NCBI GenBank assembly: GCA_963734495.1
Contig: CAVTHK010000009.1
Coordinates: forward strand, 320,001-384,000
Origin: an uncultured Spirochaetota bacterium
Lineage (GTDB): Bacteria > Spirochaetota > Spirochaetia > SZUA-6 > CAVTHK01
Length of the DNA: 64,000 bases
Direction: 5' to 3'
The notes beneath the pieces were generated by a model. The model searched no databases. It saw nothing but the letters and a program-made list of their open reading frames with translations, and was not told the DNA's origin. Shown in pieces: positions 40,037 to 49,514 of the stretch (the stretch's first letter is position 1; every line of letters begins with the position of its first letter). A program made the position numbers and the translations under genes.

Positions 40037-41947
40037 TCAGTGCGCGTCCGCAACCAGGCGGGCGAACTCCGGCGCATCGATCGTCTCGATCTCGAGCAGC
40101 CGCTCGGCCACCCGCTTGAGCGCCGGCTCGTCCTTCCTGAGCCGCTCCAGCACGACCTTGTAGCGCTCGTCGATGATGCGGGCGGTCTCCTCGTCTATGT
40201 ACTTCTGGGTGCTTTCGGAGTACTCCCGCTGGATGGTGTACGCCTGCTCGCCGAGGAAGACGCTGGACTTGCGGTAGGGCAGGTGCACGTTGCGGAACTG
40301 CTCGCTCATGCCGTACTCGGTGATCATCCGGTTGGCGATGTCGGTCGCGCGCGAGAGGTCGTTGGCCGCCCCGGTCGAGACCGTGCCGAAGGTGATCTCC
40401 TCGGCCGCGCGGCCGCCGAGCAGGACGTCGATGCGGCCGAGGAGCTCCTCGCGCGTCATGAGGTAGCGTTCCTCCGTCGGGAGCTGGATGGTGAAGCCGA
40501 GGGCGCCCATGCCGCGCGGCACGATCGAGATCTTCTGCACGGGGTCGGCGCCCGGCGTCCCCTGGGCGACCAGCGCGTGGCCGGATTCGTGGAAGGCCAC
40601 GATCCGCTTCTCGTCGGGCGAGATGAGCTTGTTGGTCTTCTTGAGCCCGGCGACCACCTTTTCGACCGCCTCGGCAAAGTCGGCCTGCACGACCTTGTCG
40701 CGACCCTCCCGCACCGCCAGCAGGGCCGCCTCGTTGACGAGGTTGGCGAGGTCTGCGCCGACGAATCCCGGCGTCGCCCGCGCTACGATCTTCAAGTCAA
40801 CGGAGGGATCCAGCTTGACCTCGCGGGAGTGGATGCGGAGGATCGCCTCCCGGCCGGCGAGGTCGGGCTTGTCGATCAGCACCTGCCGGTCGAAGCGGCC
40901 GGGCCTCATGAGCGCCGGGTCCAGGATCTCGGGGCGGTTGGTCGCCGCGAGGATGATCACGCCCGCGCGCGCGTCGAACCCGTCCATCTCCACGAGGAGC
41001 TGGTTCAGTGTCTGCTCGCGCTCGTCGTTGGTGCTGAGCCCGGCCGCGCGGCTCTTGCCGATCGCGTCCAGCTCGTCGATGAAGATGATGCACGGCGCCT
41101 TCTGGCGCGCCTGCTTGAACAGGTCGCGGACGCGCGCGGCGCCGACGCCCACGAACATCTCGACAAAGTCCGCGCCGCTCATGCGGAAGAACGGCACCCC
41201 TGCCTCGCCCGCGACCGCCTTGGCCATCATGGTCTTGCCGGTCCCGGGCGCGCCGACGAGCAGGACGCCCTTGGGGATCTTGCCGCCGATGGCCGTGTAC
41301 TTCTGCGGCGTCTTGAGGAAGTCGACCACCTCCACGAGCTCGGCCTTGGCCTCGTCCGCGCCCGCCACGTCGGCGAATCGGACGCCCGTTTCCCCCTCGG
41401 AGACGATCTGGGCTTTACTGCGGCCAAAGGAGAGCACGTCCGTCCCGGAGGCTCCCATGCGCTTGAACAGCATGCGCCAGACGACCCAGAACAGCAGGAT
41501 CGGCACGACCCAGCTCATGATCATGGCGAGGAACGGGCGATTCTGCGCCGGCACGGCGTAGTACTCGACGTTCTTCTCGTCCATCAGCGGGACAAAGGTC
41601 GGGTCGGTGACGCTCGCGGTCTTGTATTCCTTGGCGCTCTTGGCCTGCCCGCCCGCGATCTCCTCGCGGGTGGCCGACAGGCCCACGTAGTACGTGTCCG
41701 TGATCTCGACCCGCTTGATCTGCCCCGAGCGTATCAGCTCCTTGAACGTGCTGTAGTCCACGAGCTCCTCGCGGGGCTGCATGAGGACCTGGTTGAGGAC
41801 CACCATCGCGACGAGGACGGCGAGGAAGTACCAGAGCGAAAAGCGGAACTGGTTCTTGTGGATCGGTCCGATCAGGGGCTCGCGTTCCCCGGGCCCAGCG
41901 TTCTTGTCAGGTTTTTTCCACGGTTTTTCTTCTCTGCCGTTTGTCAT
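40037..41947 (-). CDS. ftsH: ATP-dependent zinc metalloprotease FtsH
   Basis: Two TM segments, [44 protein letters not shown]. Confidence 0.97.
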   Translation of the reverse strand: MTNGREEKPWKKPDKNAGPGEREPLIGPIHKNQFRFSLWYFLAVLVAMVVLNQVLMQPREELVDYSTFKELIRSGQIKRVEITDTYYVGLSATREEIAGGQAKSAKEYKTASVTDPTFVPLMDEKNVEYYAVPAQNRPFLAMIMSWVVPILLFWVVWRMLFKRMGASGTDVLSFGRSKAQIVSEGETGVRFADVAGADEAKAELVEVVDFLKTPQKYTAIGGKIPKGVLLVGAPGTGKTMMAKAVAGEAGVPFFRMSGADFVEMFVGVGAARVRDLFKQARQKAPCIIFIDELDAIGKSRAAGLSTNDEREQTLNQLLVEMDGFDARAGVIILAATNRPEILDPALMRPGRFDRQVLIDKPDLAGREAILRIHSREVKLDPSVDLKIVARATPGFVGADLANLVNEAALLAVREGRDKVVQADFAEAVEKVVAGLKKTNKLISPDEKRIVAFHESGHALVAQGTPGADPVQKISIVPRGMGALGFTIQLPTEERYLMTREELLGRIDVLLGGRAAEEITFGTVSTGAANDLSRATDIANRMITEYGMSEQFRNVHLPYRKSSVFLGEQAYTIQREYSESTQKYIDEETARIIDERYKVVLERLRKDEPALKRVAERLLEIETIDAPEFARLVADAH

Positions 41948-42021
41948 GAAATTCATAGTAATACTCGCGGGCAACGGGATCAATGCAGGGTGAAGGCCTT
42001 CGCGGGTCCCGCTGAGCGTGC

Positions 42022-42990
42022 CTACGCCGGCGTCGAGAGCCCGGCGAAGAACGCGGCGAGGTCGACGTTGCCGCCGCTCAGGATCACGCCCACGCGCGCC
42101 CCCGCGAGCTCCAGCTTGCCGGCGAGCAGCGCGGCCAGCGGCACCGCCCCCGACGGCTCGACCACGAGCTTGGCGCGCTCCCAGAGGAAGCGCATCGCTT
42201 CGACGATCTCGCTCTCGCTCACGGTGACGATGCCCTCGAGGTGGCCGCGCAGCAGGGCGAACGTGCGCTCGCTCAGGTTGGTGCGCAGCCCGTCGGCGAT
42301 CGTGTCGGCGCGCGCATTCGCGACGATGCGGCCGGCCTCGAGCGAGCGGCGCGCGTCGTCGGCGCGCTCGGGCTCCACGCCGAAGACCCTGACCGCGGGC
42401 GCGAACCCGTGCGCGGCGACGCAGGTGCCGCTCATGAGGCCGCCGCCGCCGATGGGCGCGAGCACGGCGTCGAGCCCGCCGGTCTCCTCGAGCAGCTCGA
42501 GCGCCGCCGTCCCCGCCCCCGCGATGATCCGGTCGTCGTCGTAGGGGTGCACGAGCGCGAGGCCGCGCTCCGCGATGAGGCGGCTCGTGGCCTGCTCGCG
42601 CGCGGCGAGGGTGTCGTCGCAGAGCACCACCTCGGCGCCGTAGGTGTCGCGGGTGGCCGCCAGCTTGGGCGGCGAGGAGCCGCGCGGCATCACGACGACG
42701 GCGCGCACGCCGGCGAGGCGCGCGGCGAGCGCGAGCGCCTGCGCGTGGTTGCCGCTGGAGTGCGCCACCACGCCGCGGCCGCGCTCGGCGGGCGAGAGCT
42801 GCGCGACGGCGTTGTACGCGCCGCGGAACTTGAACGCGCCCATCCTCTGGAAGCTCTCGCACTTGAGGAAGACGGAGCAGCCGAGGCGGGCGTCGAGCGT
42901 GCGCGAGGTCATCACGGGGGTGCGGCGGGCGACGCCCGCCAGCCGCGCTGCCGCGGCGCGGACGTCAGCGAAGCCCGGGAATTCGAGCAT
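42022..42990 (-). CDS. PLP-dependent serine/threonine dehydratase or serine racemase family
   Basis: KCESFQRMGAFKFRGA, SSGNHAQ, GGGGL, EPSGA, SGGN. Confidence 0.9.
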   Translation of the reverse strand: MLEFPGFADVRAAAARLAGVARRTPVMTSRTLDARLGCSVFLKCESFQRMGAFKFRGAYNAVAQLSPAERGRGVVAHSSGNHAQALALAARLAGVRAVVVMPRGSSPPKLAATRDTYGAEVVLCDDTLAAREQATSRLIAERGLALVHPYDDDRIIAGAGTAALELLEETGGLDAVLAPIGGGGLMSGTCVAAHGFAPAVRVFGVEPERADDARRSLEAGRIVANARADTIADGLRTNLSERTFALLRGHLEGIVTVSESEIVEAMRFLWERAKLVVEPSGAVPLAALLAGKLELAGARVGVILSGGNVDLAAFFAGLSTPA

Positions 42991-43061
42991 GGCCGCATCG
43001 TACACAACCGACCCTTCCCCTGTCACGCGATGACGGCTATAGTGCCGTCGGAGGTCGTCCG

Positions 43062-44108
43062 ATGGGACTGGGCTTCGGGATCGTCGGGGTGGGAATGATC
43101 GCCGGCTTTCACGCGCGGGCGATCGCCGAATCGGGCTGCGGCCGGCTCGTCGCCTGCTGCGACATCGACGCCGGCCGCGTGCAGGGCTTTGCCGCCGCGC
43201 ACGGGTGCAAAGGCTATACGGAAGTCGGCGCCTTCCTGCGGCACCCGGGGCTGGACATCGTGAACATCTGCACGCCCTCCGGCCTGCACCTCGAGCCCGC
43301 ACTCGCGGCCATTGAAGCCGGGAAGCACCTGCTGATCGAAAAGCCCATCGAGATCTCCCTCGAGCGCATCGACCGGATCATCGAGGCGGCCGACCGGCGG
43401 CGCGTCACGGTGGCGGGGATCTTCCAGTCGCGTTTCAGGGAGGGCGCCCGGGCGGTCAAGAAGGCCGTCGAATCGGGACGCCTCGGCCGGCTCGTTCTCG
43501 GCGACGCGTACGTCAAGTGGTTCCGGTCGCAGGAGTACTACGACAGGGGCGGCTGGAAAGGCAAGATCCGCATCGACGGCGGCGGCGCGCTGATGAACCA
43601 GTCGATCCACGCGATCGACCTGCTGCAGTGGTTCATGGGCCCGGTGGCGGCGGTCGAGGCGTACAAGACGACCCTCGCTCACCAGCGGATCGAGGTCGAG
43701 GACGTGGCCGTGGCCGCCCTGCGGTTCGCCAACGGGGCGCTCGGGGTGATCGAAGGATCCACGGCTGTCTGGCCCGGATTCCTCAAGCGGATCGAGCTCT
43801 CCGGCACGGCGGGCAGCGTGACGCTGGAAGAGGACACGGTGCGCACCTGGAGCTTCGCCGAGGAGCGCGACGAGGATCGGGAAATCCGCCGGAGGCTCGG
43901 CGCCGCGGACACGGCGGGAGGCGGCGCGTCCGACCCGGCCGCCATCGACCACACCGGCCACATGCTGGAGTTCCGGGAGATCGTCGCCTCGATCGAAGCC
44001 GGCACGCCGCCGCTGCTCGACGCCCGGGAGGCGCGCAAGTCGGTGGAGATCATCCTCGCGATCTACCGGAGCGCCGAGACCGCGAGGGAGGTCGTCCTTC
44101 CTCTCTAA
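43062..44108 (+). CDS. Gfo/Idh/MocA family oxidoreductase
   Basis: GIVGVGMI, TPSGLH, EKP, GGGALMNQSIHAIDL. Confidence 0.92.
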   Translation: MGLGFGIVGVGMIAGFHARAIAESGCGRLVACCDIDAGRVQGFAAAHGCKGYTEVGAFLRHPGLDIVNICTPSGLHLEPALAAIEAGKHLLIEKPIEISLERIDRIIEAADRRRVTVAGIFQSRFREGARAVKKAVESGRLGRLVLGDAYVKWFRSQEYYDRGGWKGKIRIDGGGALMNQSIHAIDLLQWFMGPVAAVEAYKTTLAHQRIEVEDVAVAALRFANGALGVIEGSTAVWPGFLKRIELSGTAGSVTLEEDTVRTWSFAEERDEDREIRRRLGAADTAGGGASDPAAIDHTGHMLEFREIVASIEAGTPPLLDAREARKSVEIILAIYRSAETAREVVLPL

Positions 44109-44269
44109 AGAGCGGCGCGCCGTTTCCTCTCGACACAGCAGGGCACCTGACGCGCCCCCCCGGGTCGAAACGACTCAGGGCGGCCATGGGGTGGACGCGG
44201 GGACCGGCGCGTTATCGCCCGGAGACGCCGAGGGGCGCCGCAGCCGCCTTCATTTATATCTTTTTTTCA

Positions 44270-44510
44270 TAGATAGATATCCGGCGCAGGGCCTCGACAG
44301 GCTGCAGCGGGAGATCAATCGTCTGTTCGAGCTCCCGCGCTCGGTCGAAGCCCATGGGCTCTTCGACCGCACCGTTTCTCGCTCCCGGCCACCGTCGACC
44401 CGGACAAGGTGACCGCGGTTTTCAGAGACGGCGTCCTGGAGATCACCATCGGAAAGCGCGAAGAGGCGCGGCCCAGGCGGATCGCCGTACCCGGCAGGTC
44501 GACGGCGCCT
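44270..44510 (+). pseudogene. Hsp20 small heat-shock protein remnant with internal deletion
   Basis: N-terminal [13 protein letters not shown]...FDRTVS abuts, out of frame, C-terminal [37 protein letters not shown]. The central alpha-crystallin strands are missing. Confidence 0.75.
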
Positions 44511-44582
44511 GCCGGCGCCGAGTACACTGTAGATGGAATGCGCGGGGCGCGGCCCGCCCCGCCCCGCGCGATGGGAGCTCAT

Positions 44583-45597
44583 GTGGCCGTCAAGTTCCGT
44601 GATTACTACGAGACTCTCGGAGTCGCGCGCAGCGCCTCGCAGCCGGAGATCCAGCAGGCGTACCGCAAGCTCGCGCGCCAGTATCACCCCGACGTGAACA
44701 AGAGCGGCGGCGCCGAGGAAAGGTTCAAGCAGATCAACGAGGCGTACGAGGTGCTCCGCGACCCGGAGAAGCGCAGGCGCTACGACGCCCTGGGCGACGG
44801 GTGGCGCACGGGCGAGGACTTCACGCCGCCCCCGGGCTGGGACTTCGGCTTTGGAGGCGCGGGCGGGTCCGGTTCGAACGGGGGCTTCAGCTTCGACTTC
44901 GGCGACCTCGGCCGCGGGTTCAGCGACTTCTTCGACCAGCTCTTCGGGGGCGGCGCGGGCAGCGCCGGCGGCGGCCGCGCACCGGGCGGCGGCGGGTTCC
45001 GGGGCTTCGGCGGGTTCGGCCGCGACCGCGAAACCGAGGCGGCGCCTCGGCCAGGACACGCAGGCGGAGCTCACGATCCCGCTCGAGGACGCCTATCACG
45101 GCGGCCGGCGGACCGTCACGCTCGAGAGCCGCGAGCAGGGACCTAACGGGTCCGTCCGGCGGGGGAGCCGCACCTTCGAGGTGACCATCCCCGCCGGGGT
45201 CACCGACGGCCGGAAGCTGCGCCTGAAGGGCCAGGGGGAGGCGGGATCCGGCGGCCGCGGCGACCTCTACATAACGGTCCACCTCGCTCCGCACGCGACC
45301 TTCCGGGTCAAGGACAAGGACCTCGAGGTGGACGTCCCGGTCACGCCGTGGGAGGCCGCCCTCGGCGCCGAGGTGGAGGTGCCGACGCTCGAGGGGCGCG
45401 CCCGCGTGCGGATCCCCCCGGGGATCCGCTCGAGCCAGCGCATCCGCATCAAGGGCCGCGGCCTCGGCGCCGCCGACGAGCGCGGCGACGTCTACGCGGC
45501 CATCCGCATCGAGGTGCCGCGGCGGCTCTCGCCGAAGGAGCGGCAGCTCTTCGAGGACCTCGCCGGCGCTTCGCAGTTCAACCCCCGCAAGGAGTAG
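44583..45597 (+). CDS. DnaJ-class (type II, CbpA-like) chaperone (frameshift near 45050)
   Basis: [16 protein letters not shown]-rich region, [17 protein letters not shown]. No zinc finger. Confidence 0.92.
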
Positions 45598-45652
45598 GGG
45601 GGAGGGCAAGGTGAAGGCGGGTGCGCTGCGCTCTCGCGGTTGCGGGGGCCTG

Positions 45653-45682
45653 TTGACTGCGGCCGCGAGGGCGTGATAGACC
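45653..45682 (+). promoter_or_regulatory. tyrS promoter
   Basis: TTGACT, 18-nt spacer, TGn-TAGACC, ending 7 nt before the leader ATG. Confidence 0.5.
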
Positions 45683-45689
45683 CCTCGAC

Positions 45690-45764
45690 ATGAGCAGCGT
45701 CGCTGCGTTCGTGATCTTCGTCTATCCCTATCCTCTCTCGCGAAGCGGGGCGAGGTCGGGGTAG
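45690..45764 (+). CDS. Putative tyrS leader peptide MSSVAAFVIFVYPYPLSRSGARSG
   Basis: 24-codon ORF with clustered Phe/Tyr codons immediately upstream of a terminator in the tyrS 5' region. Confidence 0.65.
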   Translation: MSSVAAFVIFVYPYPLSRSGARSG

Positions 45765-45787
45765 GCGCGCACGGTGTGAACGTGAGG

Positions 45788-45819
45788 GCCCCCGGGCTTC
45801 GGCCCGGGGGCTTTTTTTT
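45788..45819 (+). terminator. Intrinsic terminator (attenuator) upstream of tyrS
   Basis: GCCCCCGGGC-TTCG-GCCCGGGGGC followed by T8. Confidence 0.9.
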
Positions 45820-45873
45820 GCCGGCGCCGGCCGGCCCCCCGGACCGGACGCCGCGGCGGGCGAGGGGGACGAC

Positions 45874-47130
45874 ATGACGATCGAAGAGCAGGTGCGGTTC
45901 CTGATGCAGGGGACCGAGTACGGCGACGCCGCCCTGGCGGCGAGCATGGAGCGCGAGCTGCGCGAGCGCCTGGTGGAGGCCGGCCGGGAGGGCCGCCGCC
46001 TGCGGGTCTACTGCGGCTTCGACCCGCGCACGACCGACCTGCACATCGGGCACACGGTCCCCATCCGCAAGCTTCGCCAGTTCCAGGAGCTGGGCCACCA
46101 CGTCATGTTCGTGGTCGGGACCTTGACTTCGACGATCGGGGACCCTTCGGACCAGGACCGGCTGCGGGCGACGCTGACCGCGGAGCAGGCGGAGGAGAAC
46201 GGCCGGACCTACGCGGAGCAGGCGTTCCGCATCCTCGATCCCGTGAAGACCGAGGTGCTCTTCAACCACGAGTGGCTCGCGGGGCTTCCGTTCGCGGAGC
46301 TCATCCGGATGGCGTCGCAGTTCTCGCTCCAGCAGATCCTCGCGCGCGAGACCTTCCGCCGGCGCTTCGAGTCGGGCGACGCGATCTGGCTGCACGAGAC
46401 GTTCTACTCCCTCATGCAGGCGCACGACGCGAGCCACCTCGCGGCCGACGTCCAGATCGGCGGGAGCGACCAGCTCTTCAACATCGTCACCGCGGGCCGC
46501 AGGCTGATGGAGGCCCGCGGGCAGAGACCCAACATCGCGGTGATCCTCGGGATCCTCCCGGGCACGGACGGCAGGACCAAGATGAGCAAGTCCCTCGGCA
46601 ACCACATCCCGATCCTGGCGCCGGCCGCGGACATGTACGGGAAGGTGATGAGCGTTCCCGACGAGGCGATGGCCGCGTACTTCTCGCTCGTGACGCCGCT
46701 CGCGCCCGACGAGATCGCGGACGCGATGCGCGGCCACCCGCGGGACGCGAAGATGCGCCTGGCACGGGAGATCGCGGCCGTGTTCCACGGCGGCGAGGCG
46801 GCGGCCGCCGCCGAGCGCGAGTTCGTCGCGGTCTTCCGGGAACGCGAGGCGCCCGGCGACGCCCCGCGGCACGCGCTCGCCGCCGGCGCCCCGCTGCTGG
46901 AGGTGCTGGTGGCCGCGGGGCTCGCGGCGAGCCGCAGCGAGGCGCGGCGGCTGGTCGCGCAGGGCGCGGTGAGCCTCGACGGCAGGACGCTGGCGGACGC
47001 GGCCGAGGCGCGTGGCGGCGGGCGGGCTGCTGCGGGTGGGGCGCCGGCGGTTCGTCCGCCTGGTGGCCGCGCCCGCGGCGCCGGCCGCGCCCGCCGCTCC
47101 GAGCGTGACGCCGCCGCCCGGTTCTGGTAG
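45874..47130 (+). CDS. tyrS: Tyrosine--tRNA ligase (S4 domain tail frameshifted)
   Basis: YCGFDP, HIGH, IGDPS, QIGGSDQ, KMSKS, SRSEARRLVAQGAV. Confidence 0.96.
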   Translation: MTIEEQVRFLMQGTEYGDAALAASMERELRERLVEAGREGRRLRVYCGFDPRTTDLHIGHTVPIRKLRQFQELGHHVMFVVGTLTSTIGDPSDQDRLRATLTAEQAEENGRTYAEQAFRILDPVKTEVLFNHEWLAGLPFAELIRMASQFSLQQILARETFRRRFESGDAIWLHETFYSLMQAHDASHLAADVQIGGSDQLFNIVTAGRRLMEARGQRPNIAVILGILPGTDGRTKMSKSLGNHIPILAPAADMYGKVMSVPDEAMAAYFSLVTPLAPDEIADAMRGHPRDAKMRLAREIAAVFHGGEAAAAAEREFVAVFREREAPGDAPRHALAAGAPLLEVLVAAGLAASRSEARRLVAQGAVSLDGRTLADAAEARGGGRAAAGGAPAVRPPGGRARGAGRARRSERDAAARFW

Positions 47131-47142
47131 CATGGAGCGCGC

Positions 47143-48396
47143 ATGAGCACCGCCTTTGCCGATCGCATCGCGGGCGTGCCGCGTTCGTTCATCCGCGAGA
47201 TCCTCAAGGTGGCGGCGGACCGCTCCGTCATCTCCTTCGCCGGCGGCCTGCCGAACCGCGACCTCTTCCCGGTCGAGGAGATACGGGCCGCCGCGGACAA
47301 GGTCCTCCGCGACGACGGCGCCGACGCCCTGCAGTACGCCACCTCCGAAGGCTACCCTCCGCTGCGCGAGCTCATCGCCGAGCGCTACGCGAGGCGCGGG
47401 GTCGCCGTCGATCCCGCGGACATCCTGATCACCAGCGGCTCCCAGCAGGGGCTCGACCTCCTCGGCAAGACCCTGCTCAACGAAGGCGACCACCTCGTGA
47501 TCGAGGAGCCGGGCTATCTCGGCGCGATCCAGGCCTTTGCCGTCTACCGGGCGACGTTTCACCCCGTGCCGCTTCGAGGCCACGGCATCGACACCGCCCG
47601 CCTCGAGCGCGAGCTGGCGAGCGCTCCGGTCCGCCTCTACTACGCGGTGCCGAACTTCCAGAACCCTTCGGGGATCACCTACGACGGCGCGACGCGGCGC
47701 GCGGTGGCCGACATCCTGCGGCGCACGAGCACCGTTTTCGTGGAGGACGACCCGTACGGCGAGCTGCGTTTCCGCGGCGAGAGCCAGCCTTCATTCTCCA
47801 CTCTCCTCGAGGAGCGCTGCGTTCTTCTCGGGAGCTTCTCCAAGATCGTGGCCCCGGCGTTCCGCATCGGCTGGCTCGTGGCGAAGGGCGAGCTCATGGA
47901 GAAGCTCCTGATCGCGAAGCAGGCCTCGGACCTTCACACCAACTCTCTCGGGCAGCGGATCATCCATCGCTATCTCCTCGACAACCGCGTCGAGGAGCAC
48001 ATCGCGCGCATCCGGGCCGCCTACGGACGGCAGCGCGACGCGATGGTCGCCGCGATCCGGGCGACGTTCCCCGCCGGCGTTCGCTGCACCGAGCCCGAAG
48101 GCGGCATGTTCCTCTGGGTCACGCTCCCCGAAGGCGCGTCGTCGATGCGCCTCTTCGAGCGGGCCATCGCGCGCAAGGTGGCGTTCGTCCCGGGGGCGCC
48201 CTTCTACGTGGGCCGGGCCGACACCAACACGATGCGGCTGAACTTTTCCAGCGTCGACGAAAAGACGATAGAAGAAGGGATTGGGCGGCTGGCCGCGGCG
48301 CTGCGCGAGGGTCCGCCGGGTACGGCGGACTTGGGACTTCGCGACCCCACGAGTACATGGGGCAAATGGGACGCGAAGTCATGGGAGACGCGATGA
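47143..48396 (+). CDS. PLP-dependent aminotransferase class I (LysN/MocR catalytic type)
   Basis: ISFAGGLP, GSQQGLDL, PNFQNPSG, EDDPYGEL, GSFSK, RLNFS. Confidence 0.92.
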   Translation: MSTAFADRIAGVPRSFIREILKVAADRSVISFAGGLPNRDLFPVEEIRAAADKVLRDDGADALQYATSEGYPPLRELIAERYARRGVAVDPADILITSGSQQGLDLLGKTLLNEGDHLVIEEPGYLGAIQAFAVYRATFHPVPLRGHGIDTARLERELASAPVRLYYAVPNFQNPSGITYDGATRRAVADILRRTSTVFVEDDPYGELRFRGESQPSFSTLLEERCVLLGSFSKIVAPAFRIGWLVAKGELMEKLLIAKQASDLHTNSLGQRIIHRYLLDNRVEEHIARIRAAYGRQRDAMVAAIRATFPAGVRCTEPEGGMFLWVTLPEGASSMRLFERAIARKVAFVPGAPFYVGRADTNTMRLNFSSVDEKTIEEGIGRLAAALREGPPGTADLGLRDPTSTWGKWDAKSWETR

Positions 48397-49514
48397 AGGT
48401 CGGGACCGTGCGCGAGATCAAGGCGCAGGAGTACCGGGTCGGGCTCATCCCCTCGGCCGTGCGCTCGTTCGTGAGCCGCGGGCACGCGGTCTTCGTCGAG
48501 CGCGGCGCGGGAGAGGCCGCGGGCTTTCCCGACGAGGAGTACGAGGCCGCGGGCGCGCGGGTGGTCGCGAGCCGCGACAAGATCTACGCCGAGGCGGACA
48601 TGATCGTGAAGGTCAAGGAGCCGCTCCCCGACGAGCTTCCGCTCCTGCGCCGGGGCCAGATCCTCTTTACGTACCTGCACCTCGCCGCCGCCCCCGACGT
48701 GGCGCGTGCCCTCGTGGAGCGGGGCGTCACGGGCGTCGCGTACGAAACGATCGAGACGGCGGACGGCGACCTCCCGTGCCTCAGGCCGATGAGCCAGATC
48801 GCCGGACGGCTCGCGGTGCAGGAGGGCGCGAAGTACCTCGAGAAGACTTTCGGCGGCCGAGGCGTCCTGCTCGGCGGCGTGCCCGGGGTGGCGCGCGGCA
48901 GGCTTGGCATCCTCGGAGGCGGCGTCGTGGGCATCAATGCCTGCAAGGTGGCCGTCGGGCTCGGCGCCGAGGTCACGATCCTCGACGTGAGCGCCAACCG
49001 TCTCGCGTACCTGGACGACATCTTCAGCACGCACATCACCACGCTCTACAGCACCGACGACAACATCGAGCGCGTCCTCGCCGAGAGCGACCTGGTCATC
49101 GGCGCGGTCCTGCTGCACGGCGCGCGCACGCCGCGCCTCATCCGGCGCGAGCACCTCGCCCTGATGAAGAGAGGCGCGGTGATCGTCGACGTGGCCGTGG
49201 ACCAGGGCGGGATCGCCGAGACCTCCCGGCCGACCACGCACGAGGACCCGGTCTTCGTGGTCGGCGGCATCGTGCACTACTGCGTGGCCAACATGCCGGG
49301 CGCGGTGGCGCTCTCCTCGACCCAGGCGCTCACCAGCACGACGCTCCCGTACGGGCTCGCGATCGCGCAGGAGGGGCTCGAGGCCGCCTGCCGCGGCCTG
49401 CCCGCGCTCCGCAAAGGGCTGAACACGTACGACGGCCACTGCGTCTACCCCAGCGTCGCCGAGGCGTGCGGCCTCGACTACACCCCCGTGGAGCAGGTGC
49501 TCGGGGTCAAATGA
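48393..49514 (+). CDS. ald: Alanine dehydrogenase
   Basis: EIKAQEYRV, KVKEP, TYLHLA, GGGVVG, DVAVDQGG, HYCVANMPGAV. Confidence 0.96.
   Translation: MKVGTVREIKAQEYRVGLIPSAVRSFVSRGHAVFVERGAGEAAGFPDEEYEAAGARVVASRDKIYAEADMIVKVKEPLPDELPLLRRGQILFTYLHLAAAPDVARALVERGVTGVAYETIETADGDLPCLRPMSQIAGRLAVQEGAKYLEKTFGGRGVLLGGVPGVARGRLGILGGGVVGINACKVAVGLGAEVTILDVSANRLAYLDDIFSTHITTLYSTDDNIERVLAESDLVIGAVLLHGARTPRLIRREHLALMKRGAVIVDVAVDQGGIAETSRPTTHEDPVFVVGGIVHYCVANMPGAVALSSTQALTSTTLPYGLAIAQEGLEAACRGLPALRKGLNTYDGHCVYPSVAEACGLDYTPVEQVLGVK

Noticed and set aside
45690-45820. T-box riboswitch upstream of tyrS
   Set aside because: The leader is short, with no recognisable stem I/specifier loop or GGTGGNACC T-box sequence. 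A leader-peptide attenuator fits better.
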